Shown here piece by piece: positions 22,753-32,043 of a DNA stretch of 64,000 nucleotides. How positions within the stretch are numbered: position 1 is the first letter of the stretch; every line of letters starts with the position of its first letter. Under the pieces are notes generated by a model. It saw nothing but the letters and a program-made list of their open reading frames with translations. It made no database searches and was not told the DNA's origin. The position numbers were made by a program, and so were the translations under genes. The stretch lies in NCBI GenBank assembly GCA_966211605.1, contig CBIHOB010000010.1, positions 12,249 through 76,248 of the forward strand. The letters run 5' to 3'. Origin of the DNA: an uncultured Caulobacter sp. (lineage in GTDB: Bacteria; Pseudomonadota; Alphaproteobacteria; Caulobacterales; Caulobacteraceae).

Positions 22753-24261
22753 CTAAAGGGTGACCCCGGATTTCCAGATGGCGATCTCGCGCTCGCCGTT
22801 CAGCTCGGCCTTGGTGGCCTTGCCCGAGGCGGTGTCGACCACCAGGTCCATCAGGCGGTCGGCGGCGTCGTCCATCGAGACGCCCTCCAGAACCTGGCCG
22901 GCGTCGAAATCGATCCAGCCCGGCTTGCGCTGGGCCAGGCCCGAGTTTGAGGCGATCTTCAGGGTCGGAGCGGGGAAGCCCAACGGCGTGCCGCGGCCGG
23001 TGGTGAACAAGATCACGGTTGCGCCGGCGGCGGTCAGGGCCGTCGAGGACACGGCGTCGTTGCCCGGGGCTTCCAGCAGGGTGAGGCCGTGCGGACCGAC
23101 CCGCTCGCCATAACGCAGCACCTCGACCAGCGGTGCGCGACCGCCCTTCTGCACCGCCCCCAGGGACTTCTCCTCCAGCGTGGTGATCCCGCCGGCGATG
23201 TTGCCGGGCGAGGGGTTCTCGTAGATCGGCTGGTTGTTGTCGATGAAGTAGCGCTTGAAGTCGTCGATGACCCCGACCGCCTGGTCGAAGATCTCGCGGC
23301 TGGCGGCGCGCTGCAGCAGCACGTTCTCGGCCCCGAACACTTCGGGGATCTCGGTCAGGACCGGGGTGCCGCCGGCGTCGGCGACCTTGTCGGCGATGCG
23401 GCCGACCAGGGGGTTCGCGGTCACGCCCGAGAAGCCGTCCGAACCGCCACACTTCAGGCCGACCACCAGTTCCGAGACCGGGATCGGCTCGCGCCGGTCC
23501 TGCTCGGCGATCTCGACCAGCGCCTCGACGGCGGCCAAGCCGTCTTCGAGTTCGTCTTCGACCATCTGGGTCGTGAAGCTCTTCAGGCGATCGCGGTCGA
23601 TCTCGGGCGCGCTGTCCAGCAGGGCCTTCAGCTGGTTGTTCTCGCAGCCCAGGCCCAGCAGCAGCACGCCGCCAGCATTGGGGTGGCTGGCCAGGGCCGC
23701 GATCAGCTTGCGGGTGTGGGTCAGGTCGTCGCCCAACTGCGAGCAGCCGAACGGATGAGGAAAGGCGAAGACCCCGTCGACGCGGCCGGCGAAGCGCTGG
23801 TTGGCCTTCTCGGCGATGCGACGAGCGGTGTTGGCCACGCAGCCGACGGTGCATAGCACCCAGATCTCGTTGCGCGTGCCGGCTCGACCGCTCTTGCGGC
23901 GGTAGCCGTCGAAGGTGCGGGCAAGGGGCTCGGCGTGCGGTTCCGGCGCGGTCGGGACGAAGCTGTAGCCTTCGACGCCCTCAAGCCGAGTATGGACATT
24001 GTGGACGTGCACGTGGTCGCCGACGGCGATGTCGACAACAGCCCGGCCGATCGGCCAGCCGTACTTCAGGACGTCGCTGCCAGCGCTGGCAGAGCGAATG
24101 GCGATCTTGTGGCCCTTGGGAATGTCGGCCCGCGCCACGATCGACAGACCACGCAGGTCCAGCGTCTCGCCGGCGACGAGATCGCGAAGGGCGGTCGCGA
24201 CGTGGTCGCGAGGATCGACGGGGTGGATCGATTCGCGTTGGGCCAGGGTCGTTTCAGTCAT
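22753..24261 (-). CDS. uxaA: Altronate dehydratase (UxaA/GarD-family hydrolyase)
   Basis: 502 aa. It has an N-terminal SAF domain and the GD_AH_C domain. The Cys-rich motifs are CTVGCVANTA, FPHPFGCSQLG, GLGCE and LKCGGSD. Confidence 0.9.
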   Translation of the reverse strand: MTETTLAQRESIHPVDPRDHVATALRDLVAGETLDLRGLSIVARADIPKGHKIAIRSASAGSDVLKYGWPIGRAVVDIAVGDHVHVHNVHTRLEGVEGYSFVPTAPEPHAEPLARTFDGYRRKSGRAGTRNEIWVLCTVGCVANTARRIAEKANQRFAGRVDGVFAFPHPFGCSQLGDDLTHTRKLIAALASHPNAGGVLLLGLGCENNQLKALLDSAPEIDRDRLKSFTTQMVEDELEDGLAAVEALVEIAEQDRREPIPVSELVVGLKCGGSDGFSGVTANPLVGRIADKVADAGGTPVLTEIPEVFGAENVLLQRAASREIFDQAVGVIDDFKRYFIDNNQPIYENPSPGNIAGGITTLEEKSLGAVQKGGRAPLVEVLRYGERVGPHGLTLLEAPGNDAVSSTALTAAGATVILFTTGRGTPLGFPAPTLKIASNSGLAQRKPGWIDFDAGQVLEGVSMDDAADRLMDLVVDTASGKATKAELNGEREIAIWKSGVTL

Positions 24262-24313
24262 CTCGGATCGTCGTCGAAGGAAGCTGTGTCGCCAATTTAG
24301 ACATGCAGTGACA

Positions 24314-24328
24314 TGGTAACCGGTGTCA
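24314..24328. promoter_or_regulatory. Operator-like site TGGTAACCGGTGTCA in the divergent region between uxaA and the LacI-family regulator gene
   Basis: This is one of five near-identical copies in the window. The others are at 25545-25559, 31920-31934, 31953-31967 and 51928-51942. All lie upstream of hexuronate/KDG genes. The core ACCGGT is palindromic. Confidence 0.6.
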
Positions 24329-24421
24329 GTCCGCTCGCAAGCACACGTTTCGTCCTAGGTTGGCGAGGCTTGCGCGGCTAGAGTATGACAAAAGAAAATG
24401 ACTTAGGCTGCTGGAAACGCC

Positions 24422-25510
24422 GTGAACTCTTCGAAGACGCCTTCCTCGAACCCGGAAGCCCTGGCCCACGAAGAGGGGGAGAGCGGCGTGGAGGGCGGTC
24501 GCCGCCGCGCCACGATCAACGACATTGCGCGCCTGGCGGGCGTTTCGAAGAAGACCGTCTCTCGCGTGATCAACCAGTCGCCATTCGTCCGCGACGAGAC
24601 GCGGGAGCGGATCGAGGCGGTGATCGCCGAGTGGGGCTATGCCCCTGACCCCCAGGCCCGAGGCCTGGCGTTCCGCCGCTCGTTCCTGATCGGCATGATC
24701 TACGACAACCCCAACCCCCAGTACGTCGTCAACATGCAGCTGGGCCTGCTGGACGGCATGCGTGGTTCGGGCTTCGAGCTGGTTGTGCACCCCTGCAACC
24801 GCGCCAGTCCGACGTTCCTGCAGGACATTCGCGCCTTCGTGGAGCGCCAGAAGCTGTTCGGCGTGGTGCTGCCGCCTTCGGTCTCGGAGGACGAACGGGT
24901 CGCCAGGCTGCTGAACGACATCGGCTGCGCGTACATCCGCATCGCCTCCGTCGAACTGGACAAGCCCGAGCACATGATCGTCGGCCACGACCGCATGGGC
25001 GGGGCCGCCGCGGCGCGCCACATCGTCGAGTTGGGCCACAAGAACATCGCGTTCATCTCGGGTCCCGAGACGTTCCGGTCGTCGCACGAGCGGCGAGGGG
25101 GCTTCGAGGATGGTCTGGCCGAGGCTGGCTTGAAGCTCTCCGACCAGGATATCGTCCAGGGCGCCTACACGTTCGAATCCGGCGTGGCCTGCGGGGATGT
25201 CCTTCTGGCCCGGACCCCCCGTCCGACGGCGATCTTCTGCGGCAACGACGAAATGGCCGCGGGCGTTCTGCAGTCGGCGCGCAAGGCTGGCCTGTCCGTG
25301 CCCGGCGACCTGAGTGTGGTCGGCTTCGACGACTTCCAGATCGCCCAGGCCGTCTGGCCGCCGCTGACCACGGTCCATACCCCGACCCGCGAGATCGGCA
25401 AGATGGCTGCCGAGAAGCTGATCGGCGTCGAGCGGCGCGAGCCGCGCGATATGACGAAGACGGAGCCGAGCCTGGTGGTGCGCGAGTCCTCCGGGCCGGT
25501 TCCCAGCTAA
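24422..25510 (+). CDS. LacI-family transcriptional regulator (candidate hexuronate regulon repressor)
   Basis: 362 aa. The HTH is ATINDIARLAGVSKKTVSRVINQSPFVRDETRERI, followed by a periplasmic-binding-protein-like sugar-binding core. The gene is divergent from uxaA. Confidence 0.9.
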   Translation: MNSSKTPSSNPEALAHEEGESGVEGGRRRATINDIARLAGVSKKTVSRVINQSPFVRDETRERIEAVIAEWGYAPDPQARGLAFRRSFLIGMIYDNPNPQYVVNMQLGLLDGMRGSGFELVVHPCNRASPTFLQDIRAFVERQKLFGVVLPPSVSEDERVARLLNDIGCAYIRIASVELDKPEHMIVGHDRMGGAAAARHIVELGHKNIAFISGPETFRSSHERRGGFEDGLAEAGLKLSDQDIVQGAYTFESGVACGDVLLARTPRPTAIFCGNDEMAAGVLQSARKAGLSVPGDLSVVGFDDFQIAQAVWPPLTTVHTPTREIGKMAAEKLIGVERREPRDMTKTEPSLVVRESSGPVPS

Positions 25511-25544
25511 AGCAATCGCGACCCATTCGGGTTGCCATGGACCA

Positions 25545-25559
25545 TGACACCGGTTACCA
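25545..25559. promoter_or_regulatory. Operator-like site TGACACCGGTTACCA (reverse orientation) upstream of uxaC
   Basis: An exact reverse complement of the 24314-24328 site. It lies 60 nt upstream of the uxaC ATG. Confidence 0.6.
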
Positions 25560-25618
25560 AGCGGGCCGCAGCGGGCGCCCGTGAAGTCGCCGGTCATACA
25601 GGGAGCAGACGTCACGCC

Positions 25619-27085
25619 ATGCCCAGGCCTCTGAATTTCCACGAAGATCGGCTTTTCCCATCGGACGCCACGACGCGCTCGTACGCGCGCGGCCTGTATG
25701 GCCTGGTCAAGGACCTGCCGATCATCAGCCCGCACGGCCACACCGACCCCAGCTGGTTCGCCACGAACGAGCCGTTCCAGGACGCCACCGACCTGCTGCT
25801 GGCCCCGGACCACTACCTCTATCGGATGCTGTACAGCCAGGGGATCAGTCTTGACGCCCTGAAGGTGCGTTCGAAGGCCGGCGTACCCGACACCGATCCG
25901 CGCGCGGCCTGGAGAGTGTTCGCCAGCAACTTCCATCTTTTCCGCGGCACCCCGTCTTGGATCTGGCTGAACCACGTGTTCAGCCAGGTGTTCGGCTTCA
26001 CCGACTTCCTCGACGCCTCGACCGCCGACGACTATTTCGATCGCATCAACGAGGCCCTGGCCTCGGACGCGTTCCGTCCGCGCGCCCTGTTCGACCGCTT
26101 CAATATCGAGACCCTGGCGACGACCGAGGGGCCGCACGAGGTGCTGAAGCACCACCAAACCATCCGCGAGAGCGGCTGGGGCGGCCACGTCATCACCGCC
26201 TACCGCCCCGATGCGGTGATCGACTTCGAGGATGAGCGCGGCCCCCGGGCGTTCGAGCGCTTCGCCGAGGTCTCCGGCAAGGACGTCTACAGCTGGAAGC
26301 AGTACCTGGAAGCGCACCGCCTGCGTCGCCAGGCCTTCATCGAAGCCGGCGCGACCTCGTCCGACCACGGCCACCCGACGGCGGCGACCGCCGACCTTTC
26401 GGATATCGAGGCCGAGGCCCTGTTCGCGGATCTGGTGAAGGGGAACGTGACGCCCGAAAAGGCCGAGCTGTTCCGCGCCCAGATGCTGACAGAGATGGCC
26501 AAGATGAGCCTTGACGACGGGCTGGTCATGCAGATCCACCCCGGCTCGCACCGCAACCACAATGTCGGCCTGCTGGAGACCCACGGTCGCGACAAGGGCG
26601 CCGATATCCCGATGCGCACCGAGTACGTCTCGGCGCTGAAGCCGCTGTTGACCCGCCTGGGCAACGATCCGCGCCTGTCGGTGATCCTGTTCACGCTGGA
26701 CGAGACTGTCTACAGCCGCGAACTGGCTCCGCTGGCCGGTCACTATCCGGTGCTGAAGCTGGGTCCGTCCTGGTGGTTCCACGACAGCCCGGAAGGCATG
26801 ATGCGCTTCCGCGAGCAGGTCACCGAGACCGCCGGCTTCTACAACACCGTCGGCTTCAACGACGACACCCGCGCCTTCCTGTCGATCCCGGCTCGCCACG
26901 ACGTGGCCCGCCGCGTCGACAGCGCCTTCCTGGCCCGCATGGTCGCCGAGCACCGCATGGACCTCGTCGAGGCCGAGGAGCTCATCGTCGATCTGACGTA
27001 CAACCTGCCTAAGAAGGCCTACAAGCTCGATCAGCGTCCCGACTGGGCCCGCCCCGCGACGGCGCTGCGCGCGGCCGCCGAATAA
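25619..27085 (+). CDS. uxaC: Glucuronate isomerase (uronate isomerase)
   Basis: 488 aa from ATG 25619 (MPRPLNFHEDRLFPSD...). The motifs IISPHGHTDP and HPGSHRNHN fit UxaC. A GGGAG lies about 14 nt upstream of the ATG. Confidence 0.92.
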   Translation: MPRPLNFHEDRLFPSDATTRSYARGLYGLVKDLPIISPHGHTDPSWFATNEPFQDATDLLLAPDHYLYRMLYSQGISLDALKVRSKAGVPDTDPRAAWRVFASNFHLFRGTPSWIWLNHVFSQVFGFTDFLDASTADDYFDRINEALASDAFRPRALFDRFNIETLATTEGPHEVLKHHQTIRESGWGGHVITAYRPDAVIDFEDERGPRAFERFAEVSGKDVYSWKQYLEAHRLRRQAFIEAGATSSDHGHPTAATADLSDIEAEALFADLVKGNVTPEKAELFRAQMLTEMAKMSLDDGLVMQIHPGSHRNHNVGLLETHGRDKGADIPMRTEYVSALKPLLTRLGNDPRLSVILFTLDETVYSRELAPLAGHYPVLKLGPSWWFHDSPEGMMRFREQVTETAGFYNTVGFNDDTRAFLSIPARHDVARRVDSAFLARMVAEHRMDLVEAEELIVDLTYNLPKKAYKLDQRPDWARPATALRAAAE

Positions 27086-27109
27086 GAACACTTCTCCGGA
27101 GACTTCCCG

Positions 27110-27952
27110 ATGTTCGCCAAGACCTACCACGCCACCCATCCGGACATGATGTTCGCGGTCAGCAACGACGACCTGCGTGACCGCTACCTGATGCAGGGCC
27201 TGTTCCAGGACGGCCAGATCGTCCTGACCTACAACCACGCCGAACGCTTCGTCGTCGGCGGGGTGGTGGCTGCGTCGGCCGTCAAGCTGCCCGACCAGAC
27301 CGAGCCCGCCTCGGCCGCCGGCCACCCGTTCCTGGAGCGCCGCGAGCTGGGCGTGATCAATGTCGGCGAGACGACCGGCAAGATCACCGTCGACGGCGTG
27401 GTCTACGAGATCGTGCCGCGTGACGGCCTGTACGTCACCATGGGCGCCAAGGACGTGACGTTCGAAGGTACGAACGGCGAAGCCGCGCGCTTCTACCTGG
27501 TCAGCCTGCCGGCCCACGCCGCGTTCGAAACCAAGAAGCTGGCCTTCGCCGACGCCGTCGCCCTGGAGCGCGGGGCTCTCGAGACCAGCAACGAGCGTAC
27601 GATCTACCAGTACATCGTTCCGACCACCTGCAAGTCGGCTCAGCTGCTGCTGGGCATGACCGTACTGAAGCCGGGCAGCGTCTGGAACACCATGCCGCCC
27701 CACCTGCATGACCGTCGTTCGGAAGCCTATTTCTACTTCGGCCTGGGCGAGAACGACCGCGTGTTCCATTACATGGGCGAGCCGGACGAGATGCGTCACA
27801 TCGTGATCGCCAACGAAGAGGCCGTCATGAGCCCGCCGTGGTCGATCCACATGGGCTCGGGCACCGCCAACTACACCTTCATCTGGGCGATGGGCGGCGA
27901 GAACCTCGACTATACTGACATGAACGTGCTGGACATCTGCCAGCTGAAGTAG
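27110..27952 (+). CDS. kduI: 5-dehydro-4-deoxy-D-glucuronate isomerase
   Basis: 280 aa. It aligns by eye with E. coli KduI ([19 protein letters not shown].....D.LYV.MGAK.V.F; [19 protein letters not shown]; HIV..NE.AV.SPPWSIH.G.GT..YTFIW.M.GEN). Confidence 0.93.
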   Translation: MFAKTYHATHPDMMFAVSNDDLRDRYLMQGLFQDGQIVLTYNHAERFVVGGVVAASAVKLPDQTEPASAAGHPFLERRELGVINVGETTGKITVDGVVYEIVPRDGLYVTMGAKDVTFEGTNGEAARFYLVSLPAHAAFETKKLAFADAVALERGALETSNERTIYQYIVPTTCKSAQLLLGMTVLKPGSVWNTMPPHLHDRRSEAYFYFGLGENDRVFHYMGEPDEMRHIVIANEEAVMSPPWSIHMGSGTANYTFIWAMGGENLDYTDMNVLDICQLK

Positions 27953-27977
27953 GGGCGAAAGCCCACGCGCTTCCGAC

Positions 27978-28059
27978 CTGTCATCCCGGGCGGAGCGTCG
28001 CGTAGGTCCGGGACCGCCCAACACGCTTGCGGCGGTCCCGGCTTTCGCCGGGATGACAG
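27978..28059. repeat. REP-like nested inverted repeat in the kduI-kduD intergenic region
   Basis: The outer arms are CTGTCATCCCGGGCG (27978-27992) and CGCCGGGATGACAG (28046-28059). The inner arms are GGTCCGGGACCGCC and GGCGGTCCCGG. The antisense translation contains the 'VIPAKAGT' peptide typical of alphaproteobacterial REP elements. Confidence 0.65.
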
Positions 28060-28081
28060 CATTCTCAGACAGGAACTCGTC

Positions 28082-28840
28082 ATGGCCAATCCGTTCAGCC
28101 TCGAAGGCAAGGTCGCGCTCGTCACCGGCGCCAACACCGGGATCGGGCAGGGGATCGCCATCGCCCTGGCCGCCGCCGGCGCGGACATCGCCGCCGCGGG
28201 CCGCAGCGAGCCGAGCGACACCCAGAAGGCCGTCGAGGCCCTGGGCCGCAAGTTCCTGTCGATCAAGGCCGACTTCGGCTCGGTCGAGCCCGTCCAGCGC
28301 GTGGTCGATGAGACCGTCGCCGCGTTCGGCAAGGTCGACATCCTGGTCAATAACGCCGGCATCATCCGCCGCGCCGACTCGATCGAGTTCTCGGAAGCCG
28401 ACTGGGACGCGGTGATGGACACCAATCTGAAGGTTGTCTTCTTCCTGACCCAGGCCTTCGCCAAGCAGGCGCTGAAGCAGGAGACCGGCGGCAAGGTGAT
28501 CAACATCGCCTCCTTGCTCTCCTTCCAGGGCGGCATCCGCGTGCCGTCGTACACCGCCGCCAAGTCGGGCCTGGCCGGCCTGACCAAGATCCTGGCCAAC
28601 GAGTGGGCGACCAAGGGCATCAACGTCAACGCCATCGCGCCGGGCTATTTCGACACCAACAATACCGGGGCCCTGCGCGCCGATCAGGACCGCAACGCGG
28701 CCATCCTCGCGCGCATTCCGGCCGGTCGCTGGGGCCGTCCGGAGGATATCGGCGGCGCCGCCGTGTTCCTGGCCTCGTCGGCCGCCGACTACGTCCAGGG
28801 CATTACTCTGCCCGTGGATGGCGGCTGGCTGGCGCGCTAG
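28082..28840 (+). CDS. kduD: 2-dehydro-3-deoxy-D-gluconate 5-dehydrogenase (SDR family)
   Basis: 252 aa. The SDR cofactor motif is TGANTGIGQG and the catalytic YTAAK is present. The sequence is KduD-like throughout, and the gene follows kduI. Confidence 0.9.
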   Translation: MANPFSLEGKVALVTGANTGIGQGIAIALAAAGADIAAAGRSEPSDTQKAVEALGRKFLSIKADFGSVEPVQRVVDETVAAFGKVDILVNNAGIIRRADSIEFSEADWDAVMDTNLKVVFFLTQAFAKQALKQETGGKVINIASLLSFQGGIRVPSYTAAKSGLAGLTKILANEWATKGINVNAIAPGYFDTNNTGALRADQDRNAAILARIPAGRWGRPEDIGGAAVFLASSAADYVQGITLPVDGGWLAR

Positions 28841-28921
28841 CGAAACAAATCCGCGCAAATTTGCGATGGTAGCGCAACCATCGTGCCGGGCGGCTTTCCC
28901 CGTTCGGTGAAGCGCGCTAGA

Positions 28922-28952
28922 GGGCGCCGCAGCGTTAGCAGCTGCGGCGCCC
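28922..28952 (+). terminator. Strong GC hairpin downstream of kduD (possible terminator; the U-tract is weak)
   Basis: Perfect 12-bp arms GGGCGCCGCAGC and GCTGCGGCGCCC flank a 7-nt loop. The hairpin is followed by AACGCGTTTCT. It lies between the kduD stop (28840) and the ppc start (29015). Confidence 0.4.
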
Positions 28953-29014
28953 AACGCGTTTCTAGATCCATTCCAGTACGGGATCGCCGCCCTGGCGAAC
29001 CCCGGAGTTCGTTC

Positions 29015-31744
29015 ATGCGCAACCCGGCCCTGTCGATCGACGTCGACCGTCCGACCAGCCGCCACGTTCGTCAGAACGCCAATCTGCTCAGCGACCTGCT
29101 GATCGAGGCGATCACGTACCTGGAGGGCGAGGACGCCGCCGCCCTGGTGGCCAAGGCGCGCAAGGCCGCTTCTCGTGAGGACGTGGCCAATGGCGACGCG
29201 CCGGTGCTGGATCACCTGTTCGCCGACCTGTCGACCGAGCAGGCCGTATTCCTGGCCCGCGCCTTCGCCAGCCACTCGCTGCTCGCCAATATCGGCGAGG
29301 ACGTCGCCGGCCGTCGCCGCCACGCCGAGGCCGACGCCCAGCCGGGCGACGAGCGTCCGCGCACCCTGATCGACGCCGTCGAGGTCCTGAAGAGCCGCGG
29401 CAAGACCGACGCCGAGCTGGCCAAGGTCTTCGCGGCGATGAACGTCGTGCCGGTGCTGACGGCCCACCCGACCGAGGTCCGTCGCCGCAGCATGGTCGAT
29501 CGCGAGACCGAGATCTCGCGCCTGATGGCGCTGCGTCGCCATCACCTGCCGCCGGACCTGGACGCCGAGATCCGCGAAAGCCTGTTCCGCGAGATCGCCC
29601 TGATGTGGCGGACCCGCCTTTACCGTCCCGAGCGGATCACGGTGAAGGACGAGATCCGCAACGCCCTGTCGATCGTCCGCACCTCGATCCTGCCGGCGAT
29701 CATCGACCTGTATGGCGACTGGACCGGCAAGATCGGCCAGCACGGCCACCTGGCGCCGCTCTTGAAGATGGGCTCGTGGCTGGGCGGCGATCGCGACGGC
29801 CACCCCGGCGTCAATGGCCAGACCCTGAAGCTGGCCTTCGCCAGCCAGTCCCGCGTGATCCTCGACTGGTACGCCGGCGAGGTGCGCAAGCTGTGGTCGA
29901 ACCTGGCCGTCTCGACCGCCTATACGCCGGTGTCGGAAGAGCTGCTGGCCCTGGCCGCGCAGACCAAGGACCCGTCGGTTCACCGCCTTGACGAGCCGTA
30001 CCGCTTGGCGCTGGAGCTGATCTTCGACCGCCTGACCGCCGTCTCGCAGAAGCTGACCGGCCAGCCCGTGGCCTTCGCCACGGGCGACACCGACGTCGAG
30101 CCCTACGGCCATCCGGACGCCTTCATCGCCGACCTTTCGATCATCGTCGACAGCCTGGAGCGCAACGGCGGCGAGCGCCTGGTCGGCTCGGCCCTGCGCA
30201 CCCTGGTCGAGGTGGCCAAGGCCTGCGGCTTCCACCTGATGAGCCTGGACCTGCGCCAGAACGCCGACGTCCACGAGCGGACGCTGGACGAGCTGTATCG
30301 CCGGGCCGGTTCGGGCGTGGCGTATCTGAAGCTGGACGAGGGCGCCCGCTGCAAGCTGCTGATCGAGGAGCTGTCGCACCAGCGGCCGCTGGTCTCGCCA
30401 TTCACCGCCTATGACGAGGAGACGACCAAGGAGCTGGCGACGATGGAGGCCGCCGCCCAGGCGGTCCGTGACTACGGCCACGGCTGCCTCGGGGCGTACA
30501 TCATTTCCAAGTCGGCGACCCTGTCCGACATTCTCGAGCCGCTGGTGCTGCTCAAGCAGGTCGGCCTGGTCTGGGGCGGCGCCGCGCCGCGCGCCTCGGT
30601 CAAGGTGGCTCCGCTGTTCGAGACCATCGGCGACCTGGAGAACGGCCCGGCCGTCCTGCGCCAGTGGCTCGAGCTGCCGCTGGCCCGCACCATCCTGGGC
30701 GACCGGCCGGTGCAGGAGATCATGCTCGGCTACTCCGACAGCAATAAGGACGGCGGCTATGTCGCGTCCCGCCGCGGCGTGGCCACCGGCGCCTCGGCCC
30801 TGGCGTTCGAGGCCGACCGCATGGGCGTGGGCCTGCAGCTGTTCCACGGTCGGGGCGGCAGCGTCGGTCGCGGGGGCGGTCCCGCCGCCGAGGCCGTGCT
30901 GGCCCAGCCCGCCGGCACGGTGCAAGGCCGTATCCGCATGACCGAGCAGGGCGAGATGATCGCCCGCCGCTTCGGCGACCAGCCCACCGCCCGCCGCAAC
31001 CTGGACGGCCTGGCCGCCGCCGTGCTGATGGCCAGCGAGCGTCCGGCCCATAGGCCCGACCCCAAGGTCGAGGCGGCGATGACCGCCCTGGCCCAGAGCT
31101 CGTTCGAGGGCTACCGCGCCCTGGTCTACGACGACCCGGCGTTCGAGGACTTCTTCTGGTCGGTCACCCCGATCACCGAGATCGCCCGCCTCAACATCGG
31201 CAGCCGTCCCGCCTCGCGGACCGCCAGCCGCAAGATCGAGGACCTGCGGGCCATCCCGTGGGTGTTCAGCTGGTCGCAGGCCCGCTTCATGCTGCCGGGC
31301 TGGTACGGCTTCGCCTCGGGCGTCGAGCGGGCCGGCCTGTCGGTCGAGCAGCTGCGCGACCTGGCCGGAAACTTCGATTTCTTCGCGTCGCTCCTGTCGA
31401 ACATGGAGCTGGCCCTGGCCCAGAGCCACATGGGCATCGCCGCCCGCTACGTGGCCCTGTCGCCCGACAAGGCCGACGCCCAGCGCATCTTCGCCACGAT
31501 CCAGCGCGAGCACGACGCGGCGACCGAACTGGCCCTCGCCATCCGGGGCGGCGCGACCCTGCTGGACAACCAGCCGGACCTGGCCGAGTCGGTGACCCTG
31601 GCCAGCCGTTCGGTCGATCCCCTGAACCACCTGCAGCTGGAGCTGCTGTCGCGCCGCCGGGGCGGGGACCAGGACGAGGACCTGCGGCTGGCCATCCAGC
31701 TGACTGTGGCCGGCATTGCGGCAGGCCTGCGCAATACGGGGTGA
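29015..31744 (+). CDS. ppc: Phosphoenolpyruvate carboxylase
   Basis: 909 aa from ATG 29015 (MRNPALSIDVDRP...). The PEPC signatures VLTAHPTE, GYSDSNKDGG and FHGRGGSVGRGG are present, and the C-terminus ends in GLRNTG. Confidence 0.95.
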   Translation: MRNPALSIDVDRPTSRHVRQNANLLSDLLIEAITYLEGEDAAALVAKARKAASREDVANGDAPVLDHLFADLSTEQAVFLARAFASHSLLANIGEDVAGRRRHAEADAQPGDERPRTLIDAVEVLKSRGKTDAELAKVFAAMNVVPVLTAHPTEVRRRSMVDRETEISRLMALRRHHLPPDLDAEIRESLFREIALMWRTRLYRPERITVKDEIRNALSIVRTSILPAIIDLYGDWTGKIGQHGHLAPLLKMGSWLGGDRDGHPGVNGQTLKLAFASQSRVILDWYAGEVRKLWSNLAVSTAYTPVSEELLALAAQTKDPSVHRLDEPYRLALELIFDRLTAVSQKLTGQPVAFATGDTDVEPYGHPDAFIADLSIIVDSLERNGGERLVGSALRTLVEVAKACGFHLMSLDLRQNADVHERTLDELYRRAGSGVAYLKLDEGARCKLLIEELSHQRPLVSPFTAYDEETTKELATMEAAAQAVRDYGHGCLGAYIISKSATLSDILEPLVLLKQVGLVWGGAAPRASVKVAPLFETIGDLENGPAVLRQWLELPLARTILGDRPVQEIMLGYSDSNKDGGYVASRRGVATGASALAFEADRMGVGLQLFHGRGGSVGRGGGPAAEAVLAQPAGTVQGRIRMTEQGEMIARRFGDQPTARRNLDGLAAAVLMASERPAHRPDPKVEAAMTALAQSSFEGYRALVYDDPAFEDFFWSVTPITEIARLNIGSRPASRTASRKIEDLRAIPWVFSWSQARFMLPGWYGFASGVERAGLSVEQLRDLAGNFDFFASLLSNMELALAQSHMGIAARYVALSPDKADAQRIFATIQREHDAATELALAIRGGATLLDNQPDLAESVTLASRSVDPLNHLQLELLSRRRGGDQDEDLRLAIQLTVAGIAAGLRNTG

Positions 31745-31919
31745 GCCTCATGTCCGTCTCTCCGAATGGGCGGGGAGGCTGAGCGGGAAAGGAGAGTCCG
31801 GATCTGGCGAGACGCTGTTTTCCAGGCCCGCAAAGGCTTTCCTTTTCAAAGTGTTGCCGTCGATCCATTCCTAACGCCACGGCGCTTGCGTGAACCGGCG
31901 GTTTCTGTTTATCTGCTCA

Positions 31920-31967
31920 TGACACCGGTGGCTAAGTGGCCTGGCCATTTTTTGGTAACCGGTGTCA
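31920..31967. promoter_or_regulatory. Inverted pair of operator-like sites (TGACACCGGTGGCTA ... TGGTAACCGGTGTCA) upstream of eda-kdgK
   Basis: The two copies (31920-31934 and 31953-31967) face each other with centres 33 bp apart. They sit in the 595-bp ppc-eda intergenic region, in an AT-richer patch. Confidence 0.6.
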
Positions 31968-32043
31968 TAACGTTTCGGTTCAGCGTCGTGGTTGGCCGTC
32001 TCGTTTGCGGCTCTTTTTGAGCTCGCTCCTGCGCAAACTTTCG

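Noticed and set aside
24326-31630. A 2434-aa ORF on the minus strand spanning the LacI-family gene, uxaC, kduI, kduD and ppc
   Set aside because: It is antisense to five well-supported genes. The translation is low-complexity (Arg/Gly/Ala/Asp/Val-rich) with no recognisable domain. It is the kind of shadow ORF produced by GC-rich third positions on the opposite strand.
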